From: Lytechinus pictus
Taxonomy: Eukaryota
Reading direction: 5' to 3'
DNA: 64,000 nt
Assembly: GCF_037042905.1 (NCBI RefSeq)
Contig: NC_087251.1
Coordinates: 15,316,001-15,380,000 of the forward strand
Below are positions 26,539 to 39,264 of the stretch, in pieces. Both the position numbers and the translations under genes were made by a program. Positions within the stretch are counted from its first letter, which is position 1; each line of letters starts with the position of its first letter. The notes beneath the pieces were generated by a model, which saw nothing but the letters and a program-made list of their open reading frames with translations, ran no database searches and was not told where the DNA came from.

Positions 26539-28129
26539 GTAAGTCTGAACAGAAATTATTCTCTATCCCAACACCAAACTTGTTATGCTTGTATGATAGT
26601 AATTAATGATTGCTAGTTATGAAGCACTTGTATCCATAGTGCAGAGTGCTTGTGGTGCCATTTATCAAATATTGGCAATGTCCTGCTTATAAAACCTTGA
26701 GACTTACATACACTCAAACATTCAAACTTGCCACTTTCCTTATGGTTTTTGTTTGTGTTTTTTTATATCTAGCTTTGGTGTGAGATTATTGAGTGTTTGA
26801 GTGAGTGAATATTATTGTGATCAATTTCTTGATGAACATTGTGTACATGGGTAAAGCATCTCTTTACATACTTGACAACTTCTTCAATTTTTCTTGGTTG
26901 TGAGTAGCACAAGTGTGTATTATTGTACGAAAGAACTTGCAAGTTTGTATATTATGCTATGTTACCTTGCTGTGATGCAGGAGATTGAAAATCATTTTTT
27001 GTATGGCGAATGCATGATTGCTCCCAATGAAAACATAGCTATGTTTTTTAAATGATCCTATTTTTTTAAGTAACTTGGTCTGAGTAATAAGCAAGAAGGC
27101 CATGAGCACTGACATGGTTCGCTTTGTCAAGCCTGTTTTTGTTCATGATTCACCTTGTGCTTCCTTGGTTTGTAATGAAATATATATTTTGATGACATAG
27201 AACTTAACACTTTTGTACACCTCAGATTTGCAATCTGCAGCTGAAATATCAATTAGAACACCCATGTACATGCTTCCATTTTTGTGATCGAATCTTTACA
27301 TGATTCTTCATGTGTGCATCTAGCTTGTGGAATGTTCCCTCACAATTCCTTGGCTTTGTTGTGAAAAACAGCTATCCACCTTAATAGCAGTCATAAGAAA
27401 AAATAAATCCTAAAATTTGTAGTTGATTAAAATTAGCCATATTATGATGTTTGTGTGAGTGAGAATGATAATAAAGTGTTTTTTACTGCACCGATTTCTG
27501 CTCACTCAGGCACTCGTGGCTCTTACTCATTTGTCTTTAGACTTTTGAAGCATTCAGTGATGAGCTGGCCAATAAACAGTGGTTCCAAACTATAGCTGCA
27601 GTTAGTGTTTATTTGATGATAAGTTTGCTGAGATTAAGCAGCATGTGATACTTGGGTACTGAAATACAAATTAGCATGGTCATGAAATATGATATTTAAA
27701 AATCATGCCCCTACTTTTTTTTACTCTTTTTTTTTCTTTTTCTTTTTGTAATCCACTGCTCGAATCTGTTTTCAGTATAGCATTCAAGATTTATGCTGTA
27801 AACTTTGTTATAAAGCTAAGACAAGTAAACAGGATTTATTTTTAATTTTTCAAAAGTTTTATTTTGTAGTGAATAAAATACAAAAGATTACTAATTCTCA
27901 GAAAGTGTGGTACGTATCTGCTCTTCTTCCACTTTCTGACTATACATGCCCCATACTGAATTATTTCAAATAGCACTTGCATAAAGTGTAGAGAGGTTCT
28001 TTAGGTACTCATTGACTGATTTTGACCTCTGTCATACCCCTCCTTGTGTTCACTGCCTAAAATCTCATTCTTTATTGGTCTCAAACGTGACATCTCTCCA
28101 GAATGTCTGGTCCATAAAATATTCAAGTC

Positions 28130-28420
28130 TAGCGCCACCATGTGGCAATATATATCCACTGCCATATTTTGTTCCTGTTTGTTCACAACTTTATGATAGA
28201 CTTTGTTCCCTGCCACACCTATTTCTAATGGAGAATGTAAGGTCAGTTCAATATTCTAGTCTAGTGCCATCTCCTGGCATATGCATACAGTGATCCAGTT
28301 CTTTGAATTGGAGTACAATTACTGAAACATAGGGCTCTACCACGCCCTTTCCCCCTCTCTGTTAAAGGATTACATAATTTCAAATCCATTCAATAGTTGA
28401 GTCTAGCGCCATCATGTGGC
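28130..28420 (-). promoter_or_regulatory. Three co-oriented CTCF-like motifs
   Basis: Minus strand GCCACATGGTGGCGCTA (28130-46), GCCAGGAGATGGCACTA (28262-78), GCCACATGATGGCGCTA (28404-20) vs consensus GCCASYAGRKGGCRSY. Confidence 0.55.
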
Positions 28421-29720
28421 ACAATTTTTACAATGATATCATGTCTTTATCTGCCGGGATTATATTTAACTTCCTCTTTGTGTACTAATGATTTGATAGC
28501 AAATTGTGATAGATTCATGGTGAATGAGATTAGGATTAAAGCTGCACTATGTGTTTTAGGAGGGAAATAGAGACAATAATTGTTAAGTTATAAGTGCCAG
28601 TTGTATGATTATTTCAGTGAGTCTAATTGATGCCAAATAATTAAATGTTGAATTTGAAAAACATATATGAGTAGGTTTTAGAGTTAATGTGTTCATATAA
28701 TTTGATCAGATGTCAGGTCCATGAAAAAGAATAATGAAAAAAGAAAATTAATATATATCTAGCAATGTTCATGTAACCACTATCATTGGTAATTCACTTT
28801 CATGTTGATTTGGAGTATAAATGAACTTTTATACTATTACAATGAGTTGTTCAATGTTGCATCCTCGTCATATATACAGAAGGATTAATATATATATATA
28901 TATATATATATATTACAATTATTTTTCATGTTTTCAGAGGGGGCAAAGGAGGAAATGCAGATTTTCTAATTTGAATAAATTTAAAATGAAAATTAATTTC
29001 TACGCTCCTGTGAGAATTCATCAAATTAGGCTGGTAAATATGGGGTTTCTTTGATCTGAATATTAGTTCTATATCGGGCTAGAATAGAGGCTGGATATTG
29101 AGGAATATGAGGGGTAATGGAGATATGACTAGAGAAGGAAATGCTGGTTGTCAACTGCATATAAGCTGGTGATCACATCTACAATCCCTTTGGGTATATG
29201 TTAAGTCACTGGGAGTAGGAAATAGATCATGGATATATAATTATACCAGTATATTCTTCCCTGACATGAAATTAGATACAAACTTGAAGGATTGTTTGTC
29301 ATACTTCTATTATAGAATAGTGTCCATTCATGCTTGAAGAATATTGGAATATACAAACATAAATGTTTGGTAAAAGAGAAGGATTGTATAGCCAGAAATT
29401 AATTATTTAAGTTCCATTATATTTTAAGTTGATATACTCATTTGGATATACAAATTGTTTTTTGCAATGTGAAGAGGAGGTATTTTCCTTTATGTTAGAT
29501 GTATGCAACTACAGAGCTCTTTTATAATTTGAATTAAGAAATGCAAGTTTTTGTATTTAAACAACTAAAATGAAATCAGACCCACGTATTCATTTAGGAG
29601 GAGAAGGCTTATAGAGCAATGCTGATTCCTTGGTTACATCCTGAAGAGATTTCTTGAAACAGAAAGTATAATTCATAATCCTTGAGTGTTTCAATTACTC
29701 TCTGTTGCAAACCAAATGCT

Positions 29721-30672
29721 TTTTGTCTCACCTGCATAGCAGAGTGAGACTATAGGCGCCGCTTTTCCGACGGCGACGGCGGCGTCAACACCAAATCTTA
29801 ACCTGAGGTTAAGTTTTTGAAATGACAGCATAACTTAGAAAGTATATGGACCTAGTTCATGAAACTTGGCCATAAGGTTAATCAAGTATTACTGAACATC
29901 CTGCCTGAGTTTCATGTCACATGACCAAGGTCAAAGGTCATTTAGGGTCAATGAACTTAGACCATGTTGGGGGAATCAACATCAAAATCTTAACCTAAGG
30001 TTAAGTTTTTGAAATGTCATCATAACTTAGAAAATATATGGACCTAGTTCATGAAACTTATACATAAGGTTAATCAAGTATCACTGAACGTCCTGCTTGA
30101 GTTTCACATCACATGACCAAGGTCAAAGGTCATTTAGGGTCAATGAACTTTGGCCGAATTGGGGGTATCTGTTGAATTACCATCATAACTTTGAAAGTTT
30201 ATGGATCTGATTCATGAAACTTGGACATAATAGTAATCAAGTATTACTGAACATCCTGTGCAAGTTTCAGGTCACATGATCAAGGTCAAAGGTCATTTAG
30301 GGTCAATGAACTTTGGCCAAATTGGGGTATTTGTTGAATTACAGCCATAAATTTGAAAGTGTGTTGGTCTAGTTCATAAAACTTGGACATAATAGTAATC
30401 AAGTATCACTGAACATCCTGTGCGAGTTTCAGGTCACATGATCAAGGTCAAAGGTCATGTAAGGTCAAAGAACTTTGGCCACGTTGGGGGTATTTGTTGA
30501 ATTGCCATCATATCTCTATAAGTGTATTGGTCTAGTTCATAAAACGTGGAAATAAGAGTAACCAAGTATCACTGAACGTCTTGTGCGAGTTATAGTAGTT
30601 TTCAAAATCGGCACTGCTGCTCTATTGAATCGCGTGATGCAGGTGAGACGGCCAGAGGCATTCCACTTGTTT
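29721..30672 (+). mobile_element. Helentron-associated (HINE/DINE-1/pearl/Tsp-like) element with internal tandem repeats
   Basis: Sub-TIRs GTCTCACCTGCA / TGCAGGTGAGAC, (CGGCGA)-like microsatellite, four to five 160-190 bp units, T-rich insertion site. Confidence 0.8.
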
Positions 30673-33334
30673 AAAAAAGGCATAACTTTTACCAGTGCGA
30701 TATGAGTTTTCAACATGATTAGGTGGTCAAAAAACACCCAAAATACAAAAATATGGTATATATTTCTGGAATTTATCAGAATCCCATTCAAGGATCTTTC
30801 TCCGTATTGATTTGATTTTCAAGCAACCTAGAATTCCTAGATTTAGGATATGATGATGGTTACTCTTTATAAGGAAGTCACTTATGAAAATAATATTTCT
30901 AAGAGTAGTAGAATAGGGTGTAAATCTTACCAATAAGAACATACGTTTAGGGATGGTTGTGAAAATGCATGTTTGCACAGTTGTATAATTCCATTATAAA
31001 GTTAGTGTGTGGTGTCCACTGAGAAGCTGTGGTTGGGATTCTATTTTTATCAAAAGAAAATATTTTAATTTAAACTTTAATAGAAGTAATGTAATCCTTC
31101 CCTATGATAGTGGATTAATGGCATGCAAAAATAAAAATATACATCTTTTTCTTTCTGGTGTGTGAGTTGAGCCTTTAAAAGGACAATTGAGGAAGCATTA
31201 ACAAGCTGGGAATTAAATCTCAGTGTGATATCCTGTAGCCATGTACTTCCTTGTTTTGCTGCCTGTAAGCCACTTATGACTATAGAAACCAAACCTTTTC
31301 TTTCCCTATTGAATTGTGATGTGCAGATTGATATTTACTCCAGAAGCACAGATTATTTGCTTGGGTAATAAATGTTATTTCATTTATTGTCTATGCTAAA
31401 GTTTGGTTCCCCTTTTTATCCCCATTGAAGTTACCTTATTTGCCAAGCTCCCACTTTTTCTTTCTCTCTCCCTAATTTCTTTCCATCTCATTCTTTTCCT
31501 CCGACTTTTGTTCGCCTGGCTCCCTTCCTCTTTCCTTTTCCCCCTGCCTCTTATTTTGTAAAGAATTTATAGAGCTTATATTATTCTCTGTGAGGTCACA
31601 AAATAACACCCTGAAAAATGATTAATTTTCTATTCTTTGAGTGATTTTACCAAATCATCATTGATACATGTCTCTCATTTTTCTGCTGTTATCAAATCAG
31701 TTTGACTTCAAGATGGAGTTCTCCTTTAACAATATCATTATCTGGGCTGGCTATGTGTACACAAGAATTTAGCGTGTTTAAAAGGTAGAAACCAGGCAAA
31801 CATGGGCATGTTCAATCAATTTTCTAAATCTGGAATCACAAATTAAAATACAGGCATAAAACAAAGTTAATTTTTGAGAGCGTTCAATCCTCTATTGCTC
31901 CCAATTTTCAATCCCACCCAATGCGCATCTCAGACAGATCAGTGAGTTTGACCCAGGAACAGTGTAGGCAGTACATATCTGATTCAGAAGAATTCCTGTC
32001 ATAGAATCATCATGAAAATGTCTGTTACTTTTAACAAAATTTTAAAATCTCTGATTCTGCGAAATCGCCTTTCTTGTTTTCATGTTGTATAGACATTTTA
32101 TTTTTACAACCAACTTAAAACAAATGAATAGATTGAAGGCACCTTATTATCTTTGAAGTTGACGATGTGTTTCAAGGGCGAATATGCATCGATTGAACAC
32201 AGCCCCTGTCTACATAAACATATATTGTTTCAATGCCTTTACTCCCAGCTATGAATAACCAAGGAGATATCTCCTTGGAATAACCAGGGAATTGTTAGTG
32301 AGATTAAGCAACCAAAGACTCATAGTCGTTTCATGATACACACTTAGAAAAATAAGTGCGAATTGTACCTGTTTTGTTCCATATTTGGAACCCTCTATTT
32401 AAGGGTTCCTAAAAAGGTTCTTCATGTGCTCCAGAACATTTATAGGTTCCAAATATGGGACAAGCATAAGATTTCAATTTTTGTTATTATGATTATGATG
32501 ATCCACCGCCATATTTCTGATGAGTCTCCTAGCTGCTGTCAAGAATGGCCAACATTTTATAATTGAAATAAATTACTAATGATGATTCAATGTCTCTTCC
32601 CCCCCTTTTTTTTTTTACTCAAGTTATCATCTATTTTCTTCAAATTAACATTCTTTTTCATGTGAATTCATATGAATAATTTATACTATACAAAACATGA
32701 TTATTATAAATTGAGTATTACAACAAAGCAAAAGAGGAACTGGAACACTTGTAGTATCCATGGATGACATATATTGACCACCATTAGGACCTCTCTAAAT
32801 TGGAAAAAAAAAAGAAGTTTAAATGGGAAACGGATATCTAGAGAACAATAAATTGTTTGTCATAAAATCAATTCAGAGGAGAAAGTGAATTTGTTGAGCT
32901 CTATCTAGGGATCCAGATTAGACTTGGTAATGAAATGTTAATTACAGTTTCCTAAATGACCTTTTTTAAAACATGTTGGAGAATTAATCTGCTAGACCAG
33001 GTCCAGTTTCCTGGATGTGTTCATATAACAGGGCACATTCACACTTGCCTAATCAGAAAATAATATCCATGTTCAGGCCCAGAGATATGTGATCATTGTG
33101 ATGATTATTTTATACATTTTTTACTCCTGTCCTAATCAAATAAAGTTCTCATTTCAGTTTATGCAGTGGCCAACATGATGTTTTGCATTTCTCAATGAAA
33201 GATTCACTTGATCCATTTTAATTCCATGATAAATTGTACATGATTCCATTCATTATAAAATCTTTTAGCTTTTCTAAGAGAGCAGTGTGTAAGTAGTAAG
33301 CAATAGTTATGATATATATATTATAAACTGTATC

Positions 33335-33505
33335 ATGAAAATAACAAGGATGATGATAATAATAATAATGGTAATAATACAAATAATAATAGTAATAACA
33401 ATAATAATGATGATAATAATGATAACAGTAACAATGATAATAATAATGATAATAATGACAGCGATAATAATAATGGTGATCATGATGATGATAATAACAG
33501 TGATG
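33335..33505. repeat. Degenerate (AAT/GAT)n microsatellite
   Basis: Direct reading. Confidence 0.85.
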
Positions 33506-34151
33506 AATTTCATAATTAATTTTAATGTAACAAATATCCCTTGAGTTATACTTATTTCTTTCAAAACCTGCAATTTTTTTATCATTGGATATGTGTGAAT
33601 ACCCCTAATGGTGCTAACTTAGCACAACAGTGGCATTTCCTTGGAAGATATCCTGGCATAGGATTTCCTGTGTGACGTACCGAGATTGTAGAAAGACTCG
33701 ATTCATTCCAGTACTAGCAATTTTGCTTTTAAACTAGCTTTTAAATGTTTTCACACTACCCAAAAAGTCACCCAAAGAGATCTTTTTATTTAAGTCCAAT
33801 GTTTACAGCTACATTTTTCTTGATTTTTATTTTATTTCAAGTAATATCATTCTCTATAAAATAGTGAAAACAAAATTTTAATTGAGTTTTTCTTCAAAAG
33901 CAATTGATTCCTCCCAGTTGAATTCAAATATATTTTGAAGCAGACAACAGACATTTTATCAAATGTATATGATTGAAATAATTTTTTTTTTTCAATTGCA
34001 AATTTTGGGAAAAATGATGTAAAACTAACAGTTCAAGATGTATTTCTTCTTATTTTTCAATATTTTTATTTACATTTATTTTTAATTCTTTTTTTTTCAT
34101 GGAGATCAAATATTTTCCCACATCTGATATTCTGTTGAAAACAACCTCTAG

Positions 34152-34307
34152 TTATGCTGCAGTCACATTTTCCCAATGGCAAGTAATAAACAGCCATTTT
34201 ATTGATTTGTATTAAAACCACCTATATGTAGCTGGCACAAAAAATGTTAGAATGGCGGTTTTTGACTCACCGTATGGCCGTGGTAGGGGAAATATGACTG
34301 TGCCATT
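34152..34307. mobile_element. Short Tourist-like MITE (copy 2, inverted relative to 13365-13519)
   Basis: Shared core ACCACCTATATGTAGCTGG; TIR CAGTCACATTTTCCC / GGGGAAATATGACTG. Confidence 0.7.
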
Positions 34308-34324
34308 AGATATTAAATGACATC

Positions 34325-34516
34325 AGGTGGGTGTTTCATAAAGCTGTTTATAAGTTAAAAGCGACTTCAAGAACGACTGGTGATCCTTTCTTGTGAATGG
34401 TATACCATGTATACACCAAAATCTTCATTGACGATGGTTGAGCGCAGAAGAAAGGTTCACCAGTCGTTCTTAAAGTTGCTCTTAACTTACGAACAGCTTT
34501 ATGAAGCAGCCCTCTG
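34325..34516. mobile_element. Palindromic MITE (Harbinger-like)
   Basis: GGGTGTTTCATAAAGCTGTT...GAACGACTGGTGA / TCACCAGTCGTTC...AACAGCTTTATGAAGCAGCCC. Confidence 0.75.
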
Positions 34517-37340
34517 ATAGAACCAATCGATAATGCACTTGCTTCTTAATTAGGAGTTAGATTTTGAGTAAATTCTCCATTTTTATATGCAACTGATATC
34601 TTTATTATAGTTTACTGTACAGAGAGAGGGTGTGAAAGAGAGTTGCTGTATACTAATATACTGGTTCTATATCATCACCTTTTCTATATCTTATTTTACT
34701 CATTTACCATACTTTGCGAAAAAAATCTAGTATCTTAATGATTAAATTAATCGAACAGATAGAGTTCTGGGATTTTTTTCCCTTTTAGTTAGTGCTACAC
34801 TGTAAATCTGTGGTATTCAGAACAACACCAGTTGGTTTAGTGAGAGAACCATATCAAAACGTGTTAGAAATACACCTTGGAGATTGATCATAACACCAAA
34901 GAATTTTCAATGAACAAACAGAATGTAGTATAACACCACCAATGGGTGTTAAACTAGTACCATGAATTTAACTCTGGTGTAAAGTGCTTGTTGCAATCCT
35001 CAACAAACACTGATGATTTAGTTTAACTCCATTTGTGCATCAAGTTTCTTCATTAAAACTGTCTATTGTGATTGTCCTATATGAATCACAATAATATCAA
35101 TCACAAAAAAATACTATTTAGAATATCTTGTTATTGGGCAACTTGTCAATTTCATGACCCAAAATGGGCAAGTTTCTTTACATTCAAATAGATTTTATTC
35201 ATCATCTAATTTTTTTTTTTTTACTTTTCGACATTCCAAAGCAATACACCCTGAAAACTGTGTTAATATAATTCAAACTGATATAGGATCAATTTTATTG
35301 TTTATTGGAGGACACTTGGGATATTTTTTATTACAATTTACACAATAGTGAAATTTATGCTTCAAAGAAATACAGGTCACATTTGGGGTTGTGCAGAAGC
35401 CCATAATGCACATCTCCATCTCTCTTTTGTTTGCCTTCCTAATTGTTTGGCGGCTTGACTTAAAAACATTCCTGATGCTTTTGTAGGATTCTTTTTGTGC
35501 TTAAAGTTTACTCAGGTTAAGGATTTGAATAAAGGGGTATGTGGGTGATATAAGCTGTACTCTTGTGTTTTATGCAAGTTTTAAAGGTGAATTGAAATCA
35601 AAATGATTATCTAAAGTAATTTTATTCACTCCATTCCTTTGAAGACCGGCTGTGGGGTTAAAATTCCCATATTTTTATTTTCATGTGACTTTCAGAACAC
35701 TGCATTTTCCTTCCATTAAACAATACTGTACAGAAAAATATTTTTTAAAAGCAGAAACAAAATAAAATGGAACAAAGAAATGACAACAATGAAAAGAAGA
35801 AATAAAGCAAACCTATATTGTATATCCATGTCCAACTCAATATTTGTATTTGCGATGCGTACCTGATTATATCATGAATTCTAAATGAATACTCAAATTA
35901 AATACTTTTGGGACCTTTCCCATTTGATTTTTCAATGAATTTTTATGAAATAAAAATGTTCTACTTATTTTAGATGGATAATCATTTACAAAGGCACTAG
36001 TGTAAAATAGTTTCAGGAAAAGGGAACTTCTTCGTGAGTTCAAACATTTGAAGTGTGGAGTAAATACAAGATTCCTATTCTAATAGTTCCTCAAGGAATA
36101 AAATTTCTTTACTAAAATTTTGTATCTTTTGTCTTGTTATTTGCATTAACTTAAAGATAGAATAATTTAATAGTAAGCTAATGAAACATGAAATAAAGAA
36201 AGCTCCTTTAAATGATTGATTACAAACAGCTAATGAAAATGAAATCTTTTAAATTAATGTGATATTAGGCATTTTCTCTGGAAGCCTTATTAATCACATG
36301 CTGATTTTCTTATTGAGCAAGATTCAAATACAAATTATAATACAGTTTCGTCATCTTTCCTTAAAAGGTAAAATTAGTTTGTGAAGGAAGAAAGTGAAAG
36401 CTATGAAATGTAAGTTATTCTATGAACTCATTACATTACACATCTTGTTTTGGGGTCATATTGATTAGGTATGTCATAATGTAAATTTATTTGATGAGTA
36501 AAGAGTGAATACCCTGAACTCAGACACTGTGTCAATAATTCTGTGAATCATTATGTATCTATCTGTCAACAAACAGGAATGACACATTGTTCATTTTTTA
36601 GTGTACTACCTTCCCCATAAAAGCTAATGGTTGTTATATAATATTCCAGAATAAAATTATTTGAGGGTATGATATCATAAAGAAATAAATGTTATTGTTT
36701 GAATTCTTGGTATTTTGAGGAAAACAATCTAGTATCACTTATTTGAGTGAATAATTATTTGGCATTAAAGTCTCCAGAGTGATTAGCCATGAAAAACAAA
36801 GAAAATACAGGAAAAAAAAATTCTAGATGGAGGTATATAGTGGATGAGTCATAACATATTGTTAACTATCTCAGTAAGTTGTTCATATGACATAACCATG
36901 TTTTCATATTGATGCTTCCCTTAAAAGGTAATGGAATTGATGTGATATTTTGAAATGAAATTGTTGAGATTATGGCACAGAAGGTATTCTTGGAACTTCT
37001 AGTTTTCCGAGTCATGAATGAGTAATTATCTATTGTTACATATACATACTCTCTGATTAAGTCCAATTGCTATTCAGATTTGAAGATTATTTCTATGCAC
37101 AAAATGATAATGCCCTTTGAATATTTATCTTACAAGTTTAGTGAGTCCATATTAGAGAGTATATATGCAAAGGTTATGATTTTCAACCATGCCATACTTG
37201 AGAAGTGGAATCATGCCAAAATTAAACAAAAAGCACCTCATTGAAAAATAGAGAGGGACCAAGTTTTTCAAATTTTGATAGTTTTACTGTATATTTTCAC
37301 CAGCAAATGTCAGTTTCTAAATCACATCTTTCAAGAGACA

Positions 37341-37596
37341 TGCTTTATGATATTCCATTTTATTTTATCTGATAATTTCAAACTTTAGATTTGCCCAAAT
37401 TTATTATGCTTTTAATACCTGGTTGGTTCACCATTTATAGCATGTCAGTTTTTCAATAATAGTTAACCTGCTTTATGATATTCCATTTTATTTTATCTGA
37501 TAATTTCAAACTTTAGATTTGCCCAAATTTATTATGCTTTTAATACCTGGTTGGTTCACCATTTATAGCATGTCAGTTTTTCAATAATAGTTAACC
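37341..37596. repeat. Perfect 128-bp tandem duplication (2 copies)
   Basis: 37341-37468 identical to 37469-37596. Confidence 0.9.
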
Positions 37597-37838
37597 GATG
37601 ATTACATGATATTATTATATGATAAATGTGTGTGATTTGAATAAAACAACTTAAAGTGGGTAAAGGGTTAATTGGGAAGGCAGGTGCAGGTTTATCCTGA
37701 CACTTTCAAATATGAAATAATGACATGGTCGAATGCTGATGACGTATTTCACAGTTTATGTGGTAGTCCATGAGTAGTCTACAAATGCAGACTTTTCCTT
37801 GAAATCCACTTGGTCGAGCATAAAATGGTAGAACAGTA

Positions 37839-38243
37839 GGGAAATTGCCAATTCGTCCACTGTCAACTCGTCCACTCACCACACGTCGGTCTACCTCCAT
37901 TTAGTCTAATGCCATTCCGTCCATCAACATTTCATCTAATAACCATTTGGTCCAATCATCACTTTGTCTAATCACCAGTTCGTTTATTACCATTTTGTCT
38001 AATAACCAGTTGGTCTAATACCCATTTTCTTTTCATTCATTTTGCACAATCAACACTTTAGTTTAATTAGACCACATGGTATATGGACTAAATTGCTTTT
38101 GGACCAACTGGTTATTAGATGGAATGGCATTAAACTAAATGAAAGTAGACCATGTGGTGAGTGGACGAACTGATGGTAGACCAAAAGATAGTAGACGAGT
38201 TGGCATTTGGACGAATTGGCATTAGACAAATTGACAATAATCC
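37839..38243. mobile_element. Small foldback (TU-like) element with arms made of 15-16 bp subrepeats
   Basis: Left arm repeats CCA(A/T)TT(C/G)GTC(C/T)AA; right arm carries the reverse complement (TTAGACC.., GGACGAATTGGCA). Confidence 0.75.
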
Positions 38244-39058
38244 AAACAATTACCTCTCTAAATTTGGAAGGGTAGAGTAATTACAATTCATATTATGGAA
38301 TAATGGAGGGGCGAGACAACTTGGAGGTGCCCTTATTTTTCACTGATGGAATGATGGGGAATAGAGTGTTAGGCAACCCAGACCTTTCTATTTATACTCT
38401 TCCTCTTTTTCCTTTTTTCTTCATCTTTTTTTCACCACTTGAAAAATCATGTAAGGATGACCAGTGAAACTGAAATTAGATTTAGGCCTAAATCTTAAAG
38501 ATTTAAATTTTAATCATTTTAGATGGAAACAAATAGTTTAATTAGAATGTAGACTTCTATTTTCACTGTCCAAAGCTGATATGTTTTTTTTTTTTTTTTA
38601 AATATCTGTAGGCCTAATTTTGGGTGTGTGTGAGGTACTACATGTGCATAGGCATATTACTGGATCAAAGTAAGAAACTGTTTTTTTCTTAAATGAGATA
38701 TTATGATTGTAAGACTAGATGTAGGTTACATCGTCTAGGTGTCAACCTCCCCTCAGATGAGCACAATAATGAGGACATATTCATATTGTATCTAAAGCCT
38801 GATGAGTTATTATATTTCATCAGATTTATACCTATGCGGTATCCAAAACAGAAAAGGCCTTTATTTGGAGTTCTGCGGAATTGCTTTCACGGTGATGAAA
38901 TACATGTCATGTCATGGCTTAGGCGTCCTATCTACAGATCTAATCATAGATATATTGTAGTTGCCATATATGTTATAAATCCAGAACCATTTATTGACAA
39001 GCTCTTGTTATTGTATCTCTCCCCATCAAAGGTTTGTTATTGACACATTCCTATACCA

Positions 39059-39264
39059 TGACGTCACATGCATTCATTGTACTCTATCCCTAGCCCATAT
39101 CTCCACACTGCTCAGCAGTGGTTGATTATTGGACAAGAAAATGAGTCATATTTTGAATGTGGATGGTGTCTCCCAATATGCGTCTTGAGTTTGTAAGAGC
39201 TGAGCTTGCATGGGCAAGTACCTGCAGTGACATATTCTAGTTACATTGCAACATAGATGAGTCA
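39059..39264. promoter_or_regulatory. bZIP motif cluster (CRE + 2 AP-1), candidate intronic enhancer
   Basis: TGACGTCA 39059, TGAGTCA 39142 and 39258, ATTGCAACAT ~39245. Confidence 0.35.
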
